Shown here: piece by piece, positions 49,601 to 62,800 of the stretch
Layout of the letters: every line of letters begins with the position of its first letter
Numbering within the stretch: position 1 is the first letter of the stretch
Source of the DNA: Raillietiella orientalis
Lineage: Eukaryota
Length of the DNA: 64,000 nt
Assembly (NCBI GenBank): GCA_036172245.1
Contig: JAYWIR010000001.1
Coordinates: forward strand, 5,456,001-5,520,000
Reading direction: 5' to 3'
Made by a program: the position numbers and the translations under genes
The notes under the pieces: generated by a model
Database searches by the model: none
What the model was told of the DNA's origin: nothing
Seen by the model: the letters and a program-made list of their open reading frames with translations, nothing else

Positions 49601-51338
49601 CTGATTATTTTATTTTTTTTTGCAAGGAAGCAAAACCAACCTATCTGTTTCTTAATTATTTGTATTAGACACTTGACTGCAATTAAGTGTGCCTGATCAC
49701 CCAGCATCTTTTGGAATATGGTGTGTAAAATGAATACTACACATTTTGTGGAATACAGTGTATCTAAATGAGTCATCTGTGTCTTAGAATGATTAATTAA
49801 TTCCATAACTCGCTCCACAAAATAGCAGAGATTCTTCTCAACCCAAGAATTCCCCATGTGATATGCAAAGTAGATGTAGGTCTGAGAAAGAAAATAAGAA
49901 ATGCCAATTTCATAATTACATACTTACATAAGTAATACCAATACGAACTTTTTTGTTAACAGTAGGTGAGCTTTTAATGACTTCTCCCTTCAAGAATCCA
50001 ATGCATCCTTTCACAAAGCCATTAATTAGAAAGTTCAAAGCTTCATCTAAAGAACGATTTTGCCTAGCCGAAGAGGCTAAAAATGATTTACATGCCATAC
50101 AACCTTTTAAGGAATCAGTGCACACATTCTTGTTTCCAATCATCAAAATGCAACAATGAGACACAAAAAACACATATCATGAATGTAATATACCTTGGGA
50201 TAATGGCTTGTTTGCAAAAAGTTGTGAATGGGCTAGCAAAGTTCCTAGAACATTTGCCACAATACACCTTACTTCATAGCTGCTATCTTCAAATGATCGA
50301 AGACATAAAGCAATAACACTTTCTAGTTCATTACTACATATCAGAGTAGAAACTTTAATCAGTAAAAGCAAGGCCTGCAGGATAAATTAATAAAAAACAA
50401 AAAAATCAAAACTTGTGCACCTGGGCAGCAGCACAGCGAACAATCATCACACGATCCAAAATACCATGTCGAATGGCTTTGAAAACATCCTTATGAAGCA
50501 TTGCAGCAACTGAACCCACACCAATACATATTTTTCCTAAGGTTAACATGATTTCACAGCGCATTTGTGAATCAGCATTTTTCAAACATTTGATCAAAAG
50601 ATTAATTGTTTCTTCATAGCATCGACCCATCATTCGTCCCAAATGCTCATACATAATTCCCAAAATACATATGGCAGTACTAAACAAAACAAAATTAAAG
50701 AGATTCCATACATTGAACAAATGTACCATAATCAAATTCTAAATATTTTATTAAATATTAAACGAATGAAAGAAATCCAAACTTACACTTTAGACAAAAC
50801 AGAACTTGTCTCATCTTTACTTTTCACAATATCATTTAGTTTATTTACTGTTTCAAAAAGCAGGAAAGTATCGCCGAGATTAAACAGTAACACCAGGCAT
50901 CTGGCAATAAACTGTTGGATTGCAAATCCTTGACCTTCATAAACCAATTTCATAAGCTGATCAATGAGTTTGTTTTGATTATCTTTAATATCTTTCTGAA
51001 AGTAATACATCTTAATAATGGATGACTAAGTGAATGAAATAAATTAGGTTTTTAAAGGCTGGATACAACATGGGGCCAGGGGCCAATACGCAAATAAAAT
51101 CAGAATTAGCTCATTAAGATTTACTTTACTGTTTTTGATTACAATTCCATCACAAACACTTGGACTTCATATTGATCACCATTATTGGACTATCATATCA
51201 AAATCCTACCTTTTGAATAACATGTAATATATTATTTAAAAATTTCAACCATTCAACAAGGAATACTGGTTTTTTCACATCAGGTAACTGATTGAGAACA
51301 TCCTCATTTAAAAATAAACTGTGGCTCAGTTCCAGCAT
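43633..51338 (-). CDS. HEATR5B: HEAT repeat-containing protein 5 (HEATR5A/B, yeast Laa1 family; AP-1 accessory factor)
   Basis: Start [12 protein letters not shown] at 51338. Internal motifs include [139 protein letters not shown] and [13 protein letters not shown]. Last exon 43785-43633 ends [12 protein letters not shown]. More than 20 exons, mostly with very short GT-AG introns. Confidence 0.95.
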
Positions 51339-54300
51339 GCTGACCAGTGAAATTGAAAATCACATAAACAACACTCATCTAACAACTTCCCAGAAGTTCG
51401 TGTTATTTCGATGAATTCAAAAATACACGGGAGTGCCAGTTGAATTCAAGAATTTATCTGAAGGGATGTACCCATAAATTACTTCTGTGAAAGTAAGGCA
51501 GAATGGAATATTACTTTGGAATAGCAATTTATCATTGCTTGATTGCAGTAAAAATAAAAGTCGACATTAAACAAATCCTTTGATGCCCACCTTCTTTTAT
51601 ATATGCAAATGTAAGATCTTTAAGAATACACAAATTATTTTTGCTTCAAAACATTTATTTAAAAAAACAAATTAGTTGCTTTACTATTGGAGACGAATTA
51701 CTTAAAGGACTCGTGAAAACTCTTCATTTTTGGAGTATATTTTAAAATTGCCTATTTAAAACACATAATGCAGCAAAAAGAAACTACCGCTTACAAAACA
51801 CATTTTGTAGGTGAGACTTTTTCAAAATACACTTCCCACGAGAAACTTAATGATAAGGATTTCATTCAGACTACAATATCGGTAGAGCAGCAGATCATTT
51901 TTGTGGTGTTTCCTATTTTCATATTTCCGTAAACAACCAAAACGAATAGTAAAACGTGATGATAATTTCCATCCCTCTTGAGCTTTAAAAGATGGTCTAT
52001 TTTTAGGAGATGATCGAGTGAGGAAAACCATGAGAACATTGCAGGAAACACTTAGATAAGGATAGATACAAGGAATTTAGTGTGCATTCCCCCGAATTTT
52101 CTCTGTAGAGTGTCATACAGTAGAATCAGTAAACTCCTGGCCAACACATACTGCACATGCGATTTGTTATTCCCTTTTTCCAAATCAAAAATGGCCTGAT
52201 CAGATTCACATAGGAGAGTACAAAGTTTCCATACGCGTGCAAGAATCAATGTCGGTGTAAGGAATCCACGTGAAATCAACTGATGACAACGTCAATGCCA
52301 TCGAATACTAAGCCTTGAAGCATGACGTGCATGTTCTTTTAGAAAGCATATTTTGCAATTCAAACTTCAAAATGTAGAGCTTAAGTGTGGAAACCATTAA
52401 AGGTGTAAGACGAAATGCCGAACTTTAATCAAAATTCAGAGAGAATGAAGATGGAAAAAGAAGCTTCTTGACTGTTTGTGAACAGTCAAGATGCTGAAGT
52501 GCATTCTTCTGCAAATTTAAAACGCTGCACTGATGAGTGCTCTTTTCAAGAATTTCGATACGTTTTCTCAATGAAATATTGACACTGGATTCCGTTTATC
52601 TATTTGTCTAACTACAGTCGGCATTTTGAGTAACAGATATCCATTTGACACTTCTCCTGATGTTTATTAACTCATGACGAATGGATGAAGCAGGTAGCAA
52701 GTAACCCTAAACATGTCATGGAATTTTGGTCATGCATATTAAAATATATCTCAAAAACCTTACATCAGTAAGTGTACACCCATGATATGATTGTGAGATC
52801 ATACATCACATTTCATATTCTAACAAAGCATTTTTTCCTTCACATCACTGAGTGAAAAATTTAAGCATTTTTACTGAAATATTTGTGTAACTCAAAATGT
52901 ATAGTTAAGTTCTTCTTCTGCTGATGAATATACCTTATTCCTTCATCAGTTTAGAAATTTTCATCTATTAATGATTCAATTCCAAGTGTAGTGGATTGCA
53001 GATATGTTCAAGACCAAAAAAAAAATATAGCTGAGTATTCTCATTGCAATAGATGCTCCTATAACACAGTAACAGATGAAACTGCTGGCAAAATAATATC
53101 CATTACTTCTGCAAACAGTGACAAATATGGTATGTTTAGTATAAAGTCCCCCTATAACATTACAATGCGCGAAAAGTATATAAAGAATGATCCTTACGAT
53201 GTATTGTGCGAAACGCGTACATTGCAAATTTATGTATTTGGATTGCTGGAAAACAAATGTATTTCTCTGTGGTTATGCTATTTACCACATGACACGCGGC
53301 ACCGCTGAGTACTTTGGTACAACCGAATGCAATTTCGCTTCTGAATCGTTTTTTTTTTTTTTTTTTTCCTTTAAGGAAAAAAAACTTCACGCTTCGATGT
53401 GTTCTGCTAGTGAAAAGGTAAGAAGATACTTCAGGAAAACCTTATCTGCTCGCAACACAGAAGAATGGGAATATGGAGGAATGAGGAATCCTTCCATTCC
53501 CCACGCCCTTTCCTCTTGGCTTCGTACATCACCTCCCCTATTCTTAGGCTCCACAGTTCGAGGTTGCGCTTCTACTACTCGGGATAAACCCCTATTAGCT
53601 GCGTATACATAAAGTATACAATAAGCGATGGAATGGTAAAAGAAAACACATACACACACAACTCACCAAATCGAAAAGATATTTCGTGATGATTTCCCCG
53701 TGTACCATGTGGCATTTTCGGTACAAATGAATTTCGAGGGCCATTTCTTTCATTAAGAGTTTGAAAACTGCTTTGATGATTCGGTTTAGGAAATGCCAAC
53801 AGAATTGAGCAGAAAAGAATACCTTCCCTCGAACAAATTTTAATAATGTGAGTTTACAATTTGTACTTCCATTCTGAAATTGGGAGCGATACCAAGTTGC
53901 ATTTTCTAACTTCACAATTCTTCCCAAATTTGAAGAAATATATATATATATATAATAAATTAGCATGTTAACGAGAACACTGTTCTGGTTATTTTTTGGA
54001 GTGTGATTACTTTCGAGATAATGTACATTAGACTACAAACCTCCACTTCAGTAATTAGCTTTCGGGGAAGGGATGGGGAGCATTTTGAAAAAGAGTTTCA
54101 GCATTTTTTTTTTTTCCCCCTCCGCGGCAGGCTAATACCACTATCGTTCGTATTTTCACACAACTGTGGAAAACATTGGAAATGCTTTCCTGGAGAATTC
54201 ATCCTGACCCCAGGAAAAGATGGAAACTCTGAAATGGATACTGAAGCTTCCAAAGTGGAAGCCAAAAATTGTCATTTTTCGCGAAAATTCGTGGTCCATC

Positions 54301-55299
54301 AGATCAGATCTCTGACAGTTTATGGTTTGTTGTGGAGTGTACGTGCATAGGACTGTGCAAGGAACACATCAGCCCCGAGGCAAACACCGGGATGCTGAAC
54401 CACCTACCAATAAGTCGTGTAATCTCTTTAATTATAATAGCAAACTCGATGTTGACTTCTTTAAGGGTTGAGCATTATTTACAGTTTCAGCAGATCTGTA
54501 CATTTTTTCACTTCCTGTCAATATCTGCCAGTGATCCTTGCCGATTCGTCCAGAAAATGAGGCATCGAAGAATACTTCGGAGTTAGGATTATTAGGGACA
54601 AATAGAAAGGGAAAAGGCTTGCCAAAATTGATTTGATCTGATGAATACCAAAAATGCATTACTGCAAGTTTTTCAAGATATGCCACCTTTTTTTTTCCCC
54701 CTCTATAGATATGATGACATTAAAGACCAGAAAATGAGTAAACGAAAGGAGTCAGGAAAACTCCTAAATGTGTCTACCATTAGCTCTCAAGAGCATTCAA
54801 TACACTGAACAACCAATAAACTTGTAGCGAAAGGAAAAAAAAAGTTTATTGCCCAAATGAATATTTCATTCAAAAGTATATTGGAATTTTGTAACAAGCA
54901 CCATGAAAAAGGATATAATATAGAATCAGAAAACATAAAGAAGCTCAAGGATCATTAACAGAAGGGGGGAGGAAGGGGGGGGGGGGAAGAAGAAGAGAGA
55001 GAACAAATTTCAGAAAGTTGTTAGCTGCTCAGCCGATGCTAAAAATTAGATGACCCCACTTGTGGAATGGTTGCTTAAAAACGTGTGCTTACAATAATAA
55101 TCAGTGACGTCGGAATGCAAGAATTAACAAACGGGATCCAGCAACGTACTTTGGTTATGTATTCTTCTATAAATGTAAATGCGATGGAGAGCTTCTAAGG
55201 AGGAGTGGCCATCACATGTGCACAAAATCTTTGGATTCTTCAGAGTTTTCCTCGCACCTGAAGGATCTTCTCACCCAGGGAAACGCGAATGCTGCTCCA

Positions 55300-57050
55300 A
55301 AGGTAAACTCCGTTGTAGTTGTTTTGTTTGATGACAGTTCATATGGAATGCTCGCTGGTCATGAAGACTGTTCGTGATTCTTTTCTTTTTTTTGGTGATT
55401 TTTCCGAACAAGGACATTGGAGGAAGGCGACGCCACTTTGGTCAAACACAAGATCCGGTGTTTATTGGATGAGCCCCCATCTGGTTGGATACTTGGGTCT
55501 CAGCCGGTGATTCATCTTGAGAGTCCTGGAAAAGGAAATCAGAAGACTTTGATTCAAATTTCCAGTCCTCTTCATTAGAATTATGTATGAATGATATCGT
55601 CCGAGATTTGTAGAGTTGGAATGAATTTGCTTTTAGATTACATAATAGCCCTTTTGCTCTACTGGCTTAAACCATGACCACTTTGACAGTAAACTATTTC
55701 CAGATACAAAATATGCTTAAAATACCTCATTTTATTTGTGTTAAGAAAAACACGGTACTAGGATCTTTTTGTTTTTCATTCATCCTTTTGTGGCACACTT
55801 CTGCTTTATTTCTGGAGCAAACCAGAAGGTTCCTTTTAGAAAAAAAAAGCAAAGTAGAACAGAGTCAGGGGCAATTGAAATGACAATAATTTGCCCATTC
55901 TTTTCAGAAGTCTGGTTTCTTCTATTCTTCTAATCATCAGAGTTTATTCAAAATAGAGGAGCCCTGAAAAAAGAGAATTGCTGAGACAGGAAATGCAGTC
56001 ATGTAGGTCGATCGTGATTAGGAGGAAAAAAAAAAAAGAGAGAATTGTCTGGAAAACAACTGAATCGAACCAAAGGAAAAGGCTCACCATTCTACGAGAT
56101 AAACATAAAACCAGATATTGCTTGTTTCATTTGCGATTAAGACAGTTATGCAATTCGGAAAATTCGTGGATTCATGAAAGCTGTCGATTCGTCGGATCTT
56201 TTGCAATATTCATCTCCCTTGGATGAATTCTTTCACAGAGTAGGGCAGCACCGAACAGCAAATGAGAACACACTAATTGGAGCACCCACAAAGGCATCCA
56301 TGAATCTGACTGGATTCACGAATTCTTTCACTATCATAAGCAATTCACACTGCAAGGCAATTTTTTTTTTTTTTTGGACAGCGAGTGTTTGACTATGTGG
56401 AGGGAAAACAATTTCCGTCAGAGGATCTGAAGGAAGAGCCAAAAATTCTTCCTTCAAAATAGGAGCGTATCAATGCGGGCAGCAACTGCCTGTGAATAAA
56501 TCTGGAAGAACATGGAAAGAGGATTCAAAAAGAAAGGAAATTCACAGCGTTCTGAATAGCCGAATTCGTTAAGGAAGGGAAGAAAGGGGAAGGAAGGATG
56601 TGAGCCTTGAGGAAAGCCGTTAATCAGAAAGCGAGTGGAGATTCAAAACACGCGAACCTGTAGGTATGTCTATTAAATTTCAAGTTAAGAATTAATGCTT
56701 ATTCCAGTTTGCTCAGCAGATCGACTGAAGGACAGGCCAAAGATGAAATTTCAAGAAAAGAGTCGTAAAACGGAAGATGGCATCCCACCAATGAAGGCAA
56801 TCGTTTCTTTTACAGCAAAGCACACACAAAAATGGCTTCCGGGAGCCGAATGGACCTTCGCAGGGGACTGCAATTATTTCCACCATAGACAAACGCAAGA
56901 GTGCATCAGAGTTCCGAGAGGAGATGCTTTCCGAATGGGTCCTTCCGAGCTGAGAAAGGGGGCCGGGAAGGAAGACTTACCTCAAACCTTCCGGTGTACG
57001 AAGCGATTTGCACACCTCACTGAGCTTGCAGGAAGGAAGACTTTCATTGG
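55300..57050 (+). mobile_element. Decayed LINE ORF2 relic (APE endonuclease to RT N-terminus)
   Basis: FLFFGDFSEQGHW (cf. APE IxGDFN...W) near 55380, followed ~1.4 kb later by KSRKTEDGIP (cf. KSPGxDGIP), WLPGAEWTFA (cf. PxEWKxA) and LRKG (cf. QxGFRKG). Spacing fits LINE ORF2; no intact ORF. Confidence 0.4.
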
Positions 57051-57311
57051 TGTGCGTGTGTGCGTGCGTGTGTGTGTGGCCGAGTAGGAAGCGGAAGGCA
57101 GGGAGGGGGGAAACCGAAACACAGGTCACACGAAAAATTCCGAAATCTTCGAAACCGGTGGATGCTGCTGTTGCCGGAAAAGCGGACGCGTGTGTCTGAG
57201 GTTCGTTTTCCTCATGAGCTCGCGAGAATTCCAGAGGTCAAAATCACCGCTTTCATGCACTGCCTGCTGTCACAAGACGTACCGGAAGCAAAGTCGATAA
57301 AAGTTCGGATG

Positions 57312-57314
<3 letters not shown>

Positions 57315-57343
<29 letters not shown>
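57315..57343. repeat. (AC)n microsatellite
   Basis: About 14 uninterrupted AC units; similar short tracts at ~2558-2575 and ~59017-59036. Confidence 0.9.
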
Positions 57344-57345
<2 letters not shown>

Positions 57346-59899
57346 CAAGTGCTTCCAGATTTACGGAACTTATGAATCGGTGCGTTAAAGACTCCTGGAT
57401 GTTCGAGGAATTCCAGCACGAGGAAAATACCCCTCCGGTACACTACTGAAAAAGTTTGCAAGGTTAGGAATGACTTCATTTGCTCGAGCAGGGAAGAGTT
57501 AGAGGTGATTAATTTATCGGAATAAGAGTTGGTTCGAAACTCTGTGAATAGAAGTTCAATCTTCTCCCGCAGCGGGGATGGGAACGGGTAGGAACATAAG
57601 CATTGCACGAAGGAAGTGAGAGAGGGTTTAGGGATTTGGGTTGATGACGAAATTGAATTTGAATAAAGCGGTCCGTTGAGGATACTCAGAGAACGAGGGA
57701 CTTTTTTCGAATGACCAGTTGAGATGGCTTCATTATGTAAGTTTCCTTACTGGAAGGTTCTTGAATTCAACGAGATGTGATATCTTTCAGATCATATTGC
57801 AACTGTAGCTGTCATGAGAGTGGAGTCCTGTAGTTTCGCCATGGAGGGTGACCTTTTTCCCAGTCCATCCTATACTAAGAGACGCTACTCAACATCCCAC
57901 TGGAGCAGACTGTTCACCACGAGAGTCGTGCACACCTCGGTCACTCTATAATCCAAAGAGCATTTCAGAGCAAGAGAAGTCCCAGGGAACAAGCACTACC
58001 TCGACAACTGTCCACGGGAACCGGGTCTACGGGATGTTTCCGTGTGGACCGTGGAGCTCGATTTTGCTGTTGTGTACGAACTGTCTTGAAGATTAAGAGC
58101 GATGTCTCAACTGAATAAATCGGAAGCGTTTATTTATTATTTGAATTGAAATAAAAAAAGAGCCTTTAGAGTTTTTCTTTGATGTTTTTTCTTTCAATTG
58201 AAACAATTCTATACTTTCAGTCCAAAATTCTTGTTGCTGAAGAAGGAGCCTTCCTGACTACTAGGTCTTTCGCGCTTGATTCACGAAAAGTTGAATGAAA
58301 TAGAATTCCGTTTACTTAAGTCACGTGTTGGTGTTTCCAAAAGCAGCTGAACTGACACCACACCACGGGTTTGAAATGTATCCACAGCGTCGTCGTACGG
58401 GCTGACCGACCAAGTGGTACGAGGACTGCCGCCACGTTTTCTTCGTGTTATACGGGGGGTCTATCCATGAGCAATCACGACACCCATTTATAGGTGACTT
58501 GATATAAATAAAGCTGGTTTATTTTATTCATTTATTCGGTTTGGCCTATAACTGAGATGTGGACAGACTTAGAATGTTCCATCCCCCCCTCCCTTCTTTT
58601 TCCATGATTCACCAAGAATGCAAGCACGTGGTCACTGAGCGATGATTATTCTTCCAGTGCTACTTATATTAGGTATTCCTTTTGAGATTAGCTGTGCTTG
58701 AATGTCCGTCGAAGACTCAGGAAAGCTGCACTTCATGATAAGAATTTTAAAGAGTGTGCAATCTAAATGTTATCTCTTCTCGTCAGATCGCATTCTTGGA
58801 ACGGATGAGCCATTTTCTTCGGGTTCACTAACATAGGAAGCATAGGAGCTGTGAATGATAAGGGAGTTACTTGCAATAGAATTCACCTCTGTTGCTCAAC
58901 CTGAATCCCATTCCAATTCACGCAATTAAAAAACCTATTCCGCATTCCTCAGCCCGCAAGAGATTTAAACTTTAAATAATTAAGCGATCAATTTAAGGCG
59001 GCGATACTGAAACACCACACACACACACACACACACTGTTGCATCATTTTCACGTGTGCCCCTACAGGAAAAGTGCAATCAAAGCATTTTTTCGAGTTTG
59101 CGGATAGGAAGTTGACGTCTGTTATTCGAGGGAGGATTCTCTTTTTTTGATAAAAAAAATCTCGAGGTAGAGAGGTCCACGGAGCGTTTCTAAAGGTGCA
59201 CACCTCGCGAGCCGGTTGAAGTGGACAAAGGGAGCCACGTCGGCGTTTGCACATGTGGTGAAGCGCATGCCATGGTGCTCGCCATTTCCGGTTTCCGCAC
59301 GCGTGGGTGTGTGGAGTGAGGCTCGAAGAGAAAGCTGTGTTGCGGAGGCGGGGACGAAGCCTTGCCGACCTTCTCAACCCCTTACCACTGCCGCTCGAAA
59401 GTGAGCTGTCAGCTCGCAACAGGTATTGCGGTCGGAATCACAGGGTAATCGGAACCCTCTCCCCCCCCCCCCCGGAATCTTTGCTGACCCCAGAAAGCGG
59501 TGGAACGGCGAACCGGACGCCACGTTCGTGAAGCGTCGCAGGTCTTGGAAATGAAGGGGGAGGATGGAGGAAGGGGGGGACACACAGAAAGCCATGGAAA
59601 GCTGGAAGAAAACCCACCAGTAAAGTCTTTCCGACATTTGGATCACCGGGATTTCTGAGCGCGCCGCTTTCCGGCGCTGCATTCCATCAGGGTGGCGTGG
59701 AAGATTTTTTTTTTTTTTTTTCCGGGCGTCCTTTCCAGGGGGCGCAGGACAGGGACGTCCGACTGCGGACGTCGCTTTTCGACATCCGCCTTTCTCACGC
59801 AGGTCTCCCTGTCGTGAATTCGTGTCTTCCATGCGCAGACACGCAGCCGTCCCGTTCGATTCCGTTCTTGCACCGGTTCCATTCGATTCCGGTTCTCCG

Positions 59900-62800
59900 C
59901 CTTTGCATTTTTTTTTTTTTTTTTTTTTGCAGCTTCACGAGATTTCTGGACGCATCCGATGTGTCTACCACTACGGCGGAGATTGCAAATCGGTTTTTGC
60001 CCCGGGTCTCTCATGTGAGTCCCTGAAATTCGCGTCAGCAGGAAGACCTACGCAGTCAACGACGAAAGCATCCACACGGGCATTTTCCTTTGTCCAGCCG
60101 TCCAGTTGATCTGGAAAGTGAACTCAACTCCTCAGAAGTCACCCAATGCTTTCCCGTGCCCCCTTCCCCCTTCGACATCCCTTCTCTCTGCTCCCGGCGG
60201 ATGACAAAAGCGACAGCCGCCGCGTCATCCCGTTTCTCGCTGACACTTTTGTTCTTCCGTATGGGTGACACCTTTTGCCGTGGGCGGCCACAGTCGGGAA
60301 GCCCCACGGAGCTCAAAAGAGATGTACCCGGACGATTTCCGCCTCCAATGAGCGATAGCCTCGGAGATTTTTTGGGGGACGGAGGAGATTTGTGGTTTTG
60401 TGATTCGAAATGTAACGCTATTCTGTCACTCACATCGCATCCCGGCTGAAGCCAGGATGCGATGCGTCGTGAGAGTCACGGGCGCGTCGTCTTCACCACC
60501 AAGCTCCCCACCGGTCAACGGATGGTCACTCGGAGCACGCTGGAGCGAGGGCTGCATCCGGAGATCCCTCCCTGGGGCTCTGAGCAGACCTTCCTGCATC
60601 GGGTCACCGGCTTGCAGCAGATGCCGTTGCCGCGAGGCGGGAAGCCGAACGGGAGCGGCCCCATCTCGTACCTCCTGGCTGGCTTTGCTGGGCCCTGCTT
60701 TCGCGTTGGGAGAGCCCACGGCAAAGACCCCGAGCGTGCGGCAGCCTTCACCTTCGACCGGAGCAACAGCAGCTGCGGCATCCCCTCCCTCCCGTTCCGG
60801 ACTTTCAGCATACCGACCTGCGTGTCGGGGATCCCACCCCCTTCGTCTCTTGTTTTCCCCTTTGTCCGGGAACTCTGTTCCCGGATAGTTTGTAATAAAC
60901 GCCCCGGCGCACCCGGGTGACAAACAGCAGCTGCGGCAGCTATCTGCGCTGCGGCAGGTCGCTCCGATATCCACTGCTGGCGTTCCGCCGGGTGGGACTG
61001 ATCGGTCGGCCTCCTCCTCTCGACCAACTCCTCTTGCCGCGAGGAGCGCCAAGGTGACCTCGCCTGGTTCCAGCTGCAAGAGGAGTCATCGACCGCGCGG
61101 GACCGGCAATGACGGTCAGACGTGCCGACTCACAGCGGCCTTTCCCTTTCTCCCAGTGTTCATTTCTTTTCGCTTGTTTGCTGTCCCCTCTCCCGGACCT
61201 CTCCCCTGGACCAGCTGCACAAGACAAGAGCCCGGCCTTCTGTAATATGCTTGCAGGGGCACTCGGGCCCTGCGGTGTGCGCTCTTTTTTTTGGAGAGGA
61301 AAACACCCGAACGTGACCTTACGATCTTCCGATCCCGGATTGTCAGACAATTCGTCTCTTATCCTGGATAGGTGTGTTCCGGAGTTCAGTTCAGCAACAG
61401 GTTGCGCTCTCATCTTCGCCCCGTGTTGTCGCTCCTGTGTGAAAATGAAAAAAACAAGAACAAAAAAAAAAACAGAAGATGACGCAGGAAGCTCTCCTTT
61501 CCCTTTATTCCCGCTGATCGATCTGCGATAATCGCGTCTCCGGCATCTTCCCGTTTCTTATCCTCGAAGCTCGGGATCAAAGCGGCACAGGAATTCCCTC
61601 GGATGGTGCACTCGGCAAGAGAAGCGCTCATCCGTTGGTGAGCAGGCTCTTACCGTATTGTGGACCTCAGCATCCTGAATTCGATTTCTTCGCAAAGTTC
61701 CCCTCGTGTATGCTTTCTTCCCTCCCCTTCCTCCTCCTCACCAAAATAACAAAACGGGACCGAGACTTTTTTTTTCACAAAAGTCTACCCCGTCCACTAT
61801 TTTGTTACATCAACAAACCTTCGGGAAGGGGAGGAGGGGAAGAGAAGGGAGGAGAGAAATCTTCACGATCCCCACTAGTCGGAGGAGGGATGCTGCATCC
61901 GTGATCGCGCGCTTCATCGCGTCCTCTGGAGAGGAACCTGCGGCCATGCCGTGTGCTGGAGCATTCAGTCCTCCGGCTTCGTACTTCCTGCCTCTCCGTT
62001 CTTCGCGCTCCAGGCTGCTAGGAAGGCGGCCGAGAGAGCCCGGCCAAGCCCTCTAGCGACGAAGCGGATCGGAGATACAGTTTCTGGGTAGCTGTTGCCC
62101 TCCTTTCTTTGCCGCACTTCTAGAGCGGTCGCTGCGTTCCCACAAAGGCAGGAAGAAACATTCGAGGACGACGGCGCTAGCTGGTTCCGGAGAAGCAGAT
62201 CCGGCTGCCGAATTCTCTCGAGACGACCCCGGGTGTTAGGCCGGTTAGCTTCTGTCTTCCTTGCGCCACTTATCCGATTCGGTGGACTGGACGGTCCAGG
62301 GGGGACAGACAAGCCACTGACGTCTCCATCTGCTCTTTGAAATCGGAGAAGAACCTTTTCTCGAACATTCCAGCGCGCAAAACATTCCAGATAACATTTC
62401 GAAAGGAAGCTCACCCTCCGCGAAGGTGAGTCGCACCTGGAGGTATGCGGAGGAGATCTCCGAGACTGCAGCCACCTCACACTCGCGTCGTTGGCGGCCG
62501 TGCTGGCTGAGGCGCGGTCCGAACAGGCGGCACCGAGCATTGCGGGTTCGAATCCATCCTGGGAAGGATCGACGCCGAGGAATGGGAGGACAACGCTGGT
62601 TGGCCTGAAGGCTTCGATTCGGCACTAGTGGAAGCCGGAAATCCTCCAGATGGCATCATTGACTGACCGGGATTGCAAGTAGACCGTCTAGAGTCCCTCC
62701 AGGAACCAAGGAGCCGGTTGGTTCCCTTAGGATTCCCCTCCGGTTGTCAAAATGGAACCGTCCCGTTCCCCTCGGAGGGAGACCTTCCATCGCGCATCAT

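Noticed and set aside
62544-62555. GGTTCGAATCC B-box/T-loop motif (partial ones at ~15979 and ~35799) as tRNA or SINE
   Set aside because: No A box at the right spacing and no cloverleaf stems.
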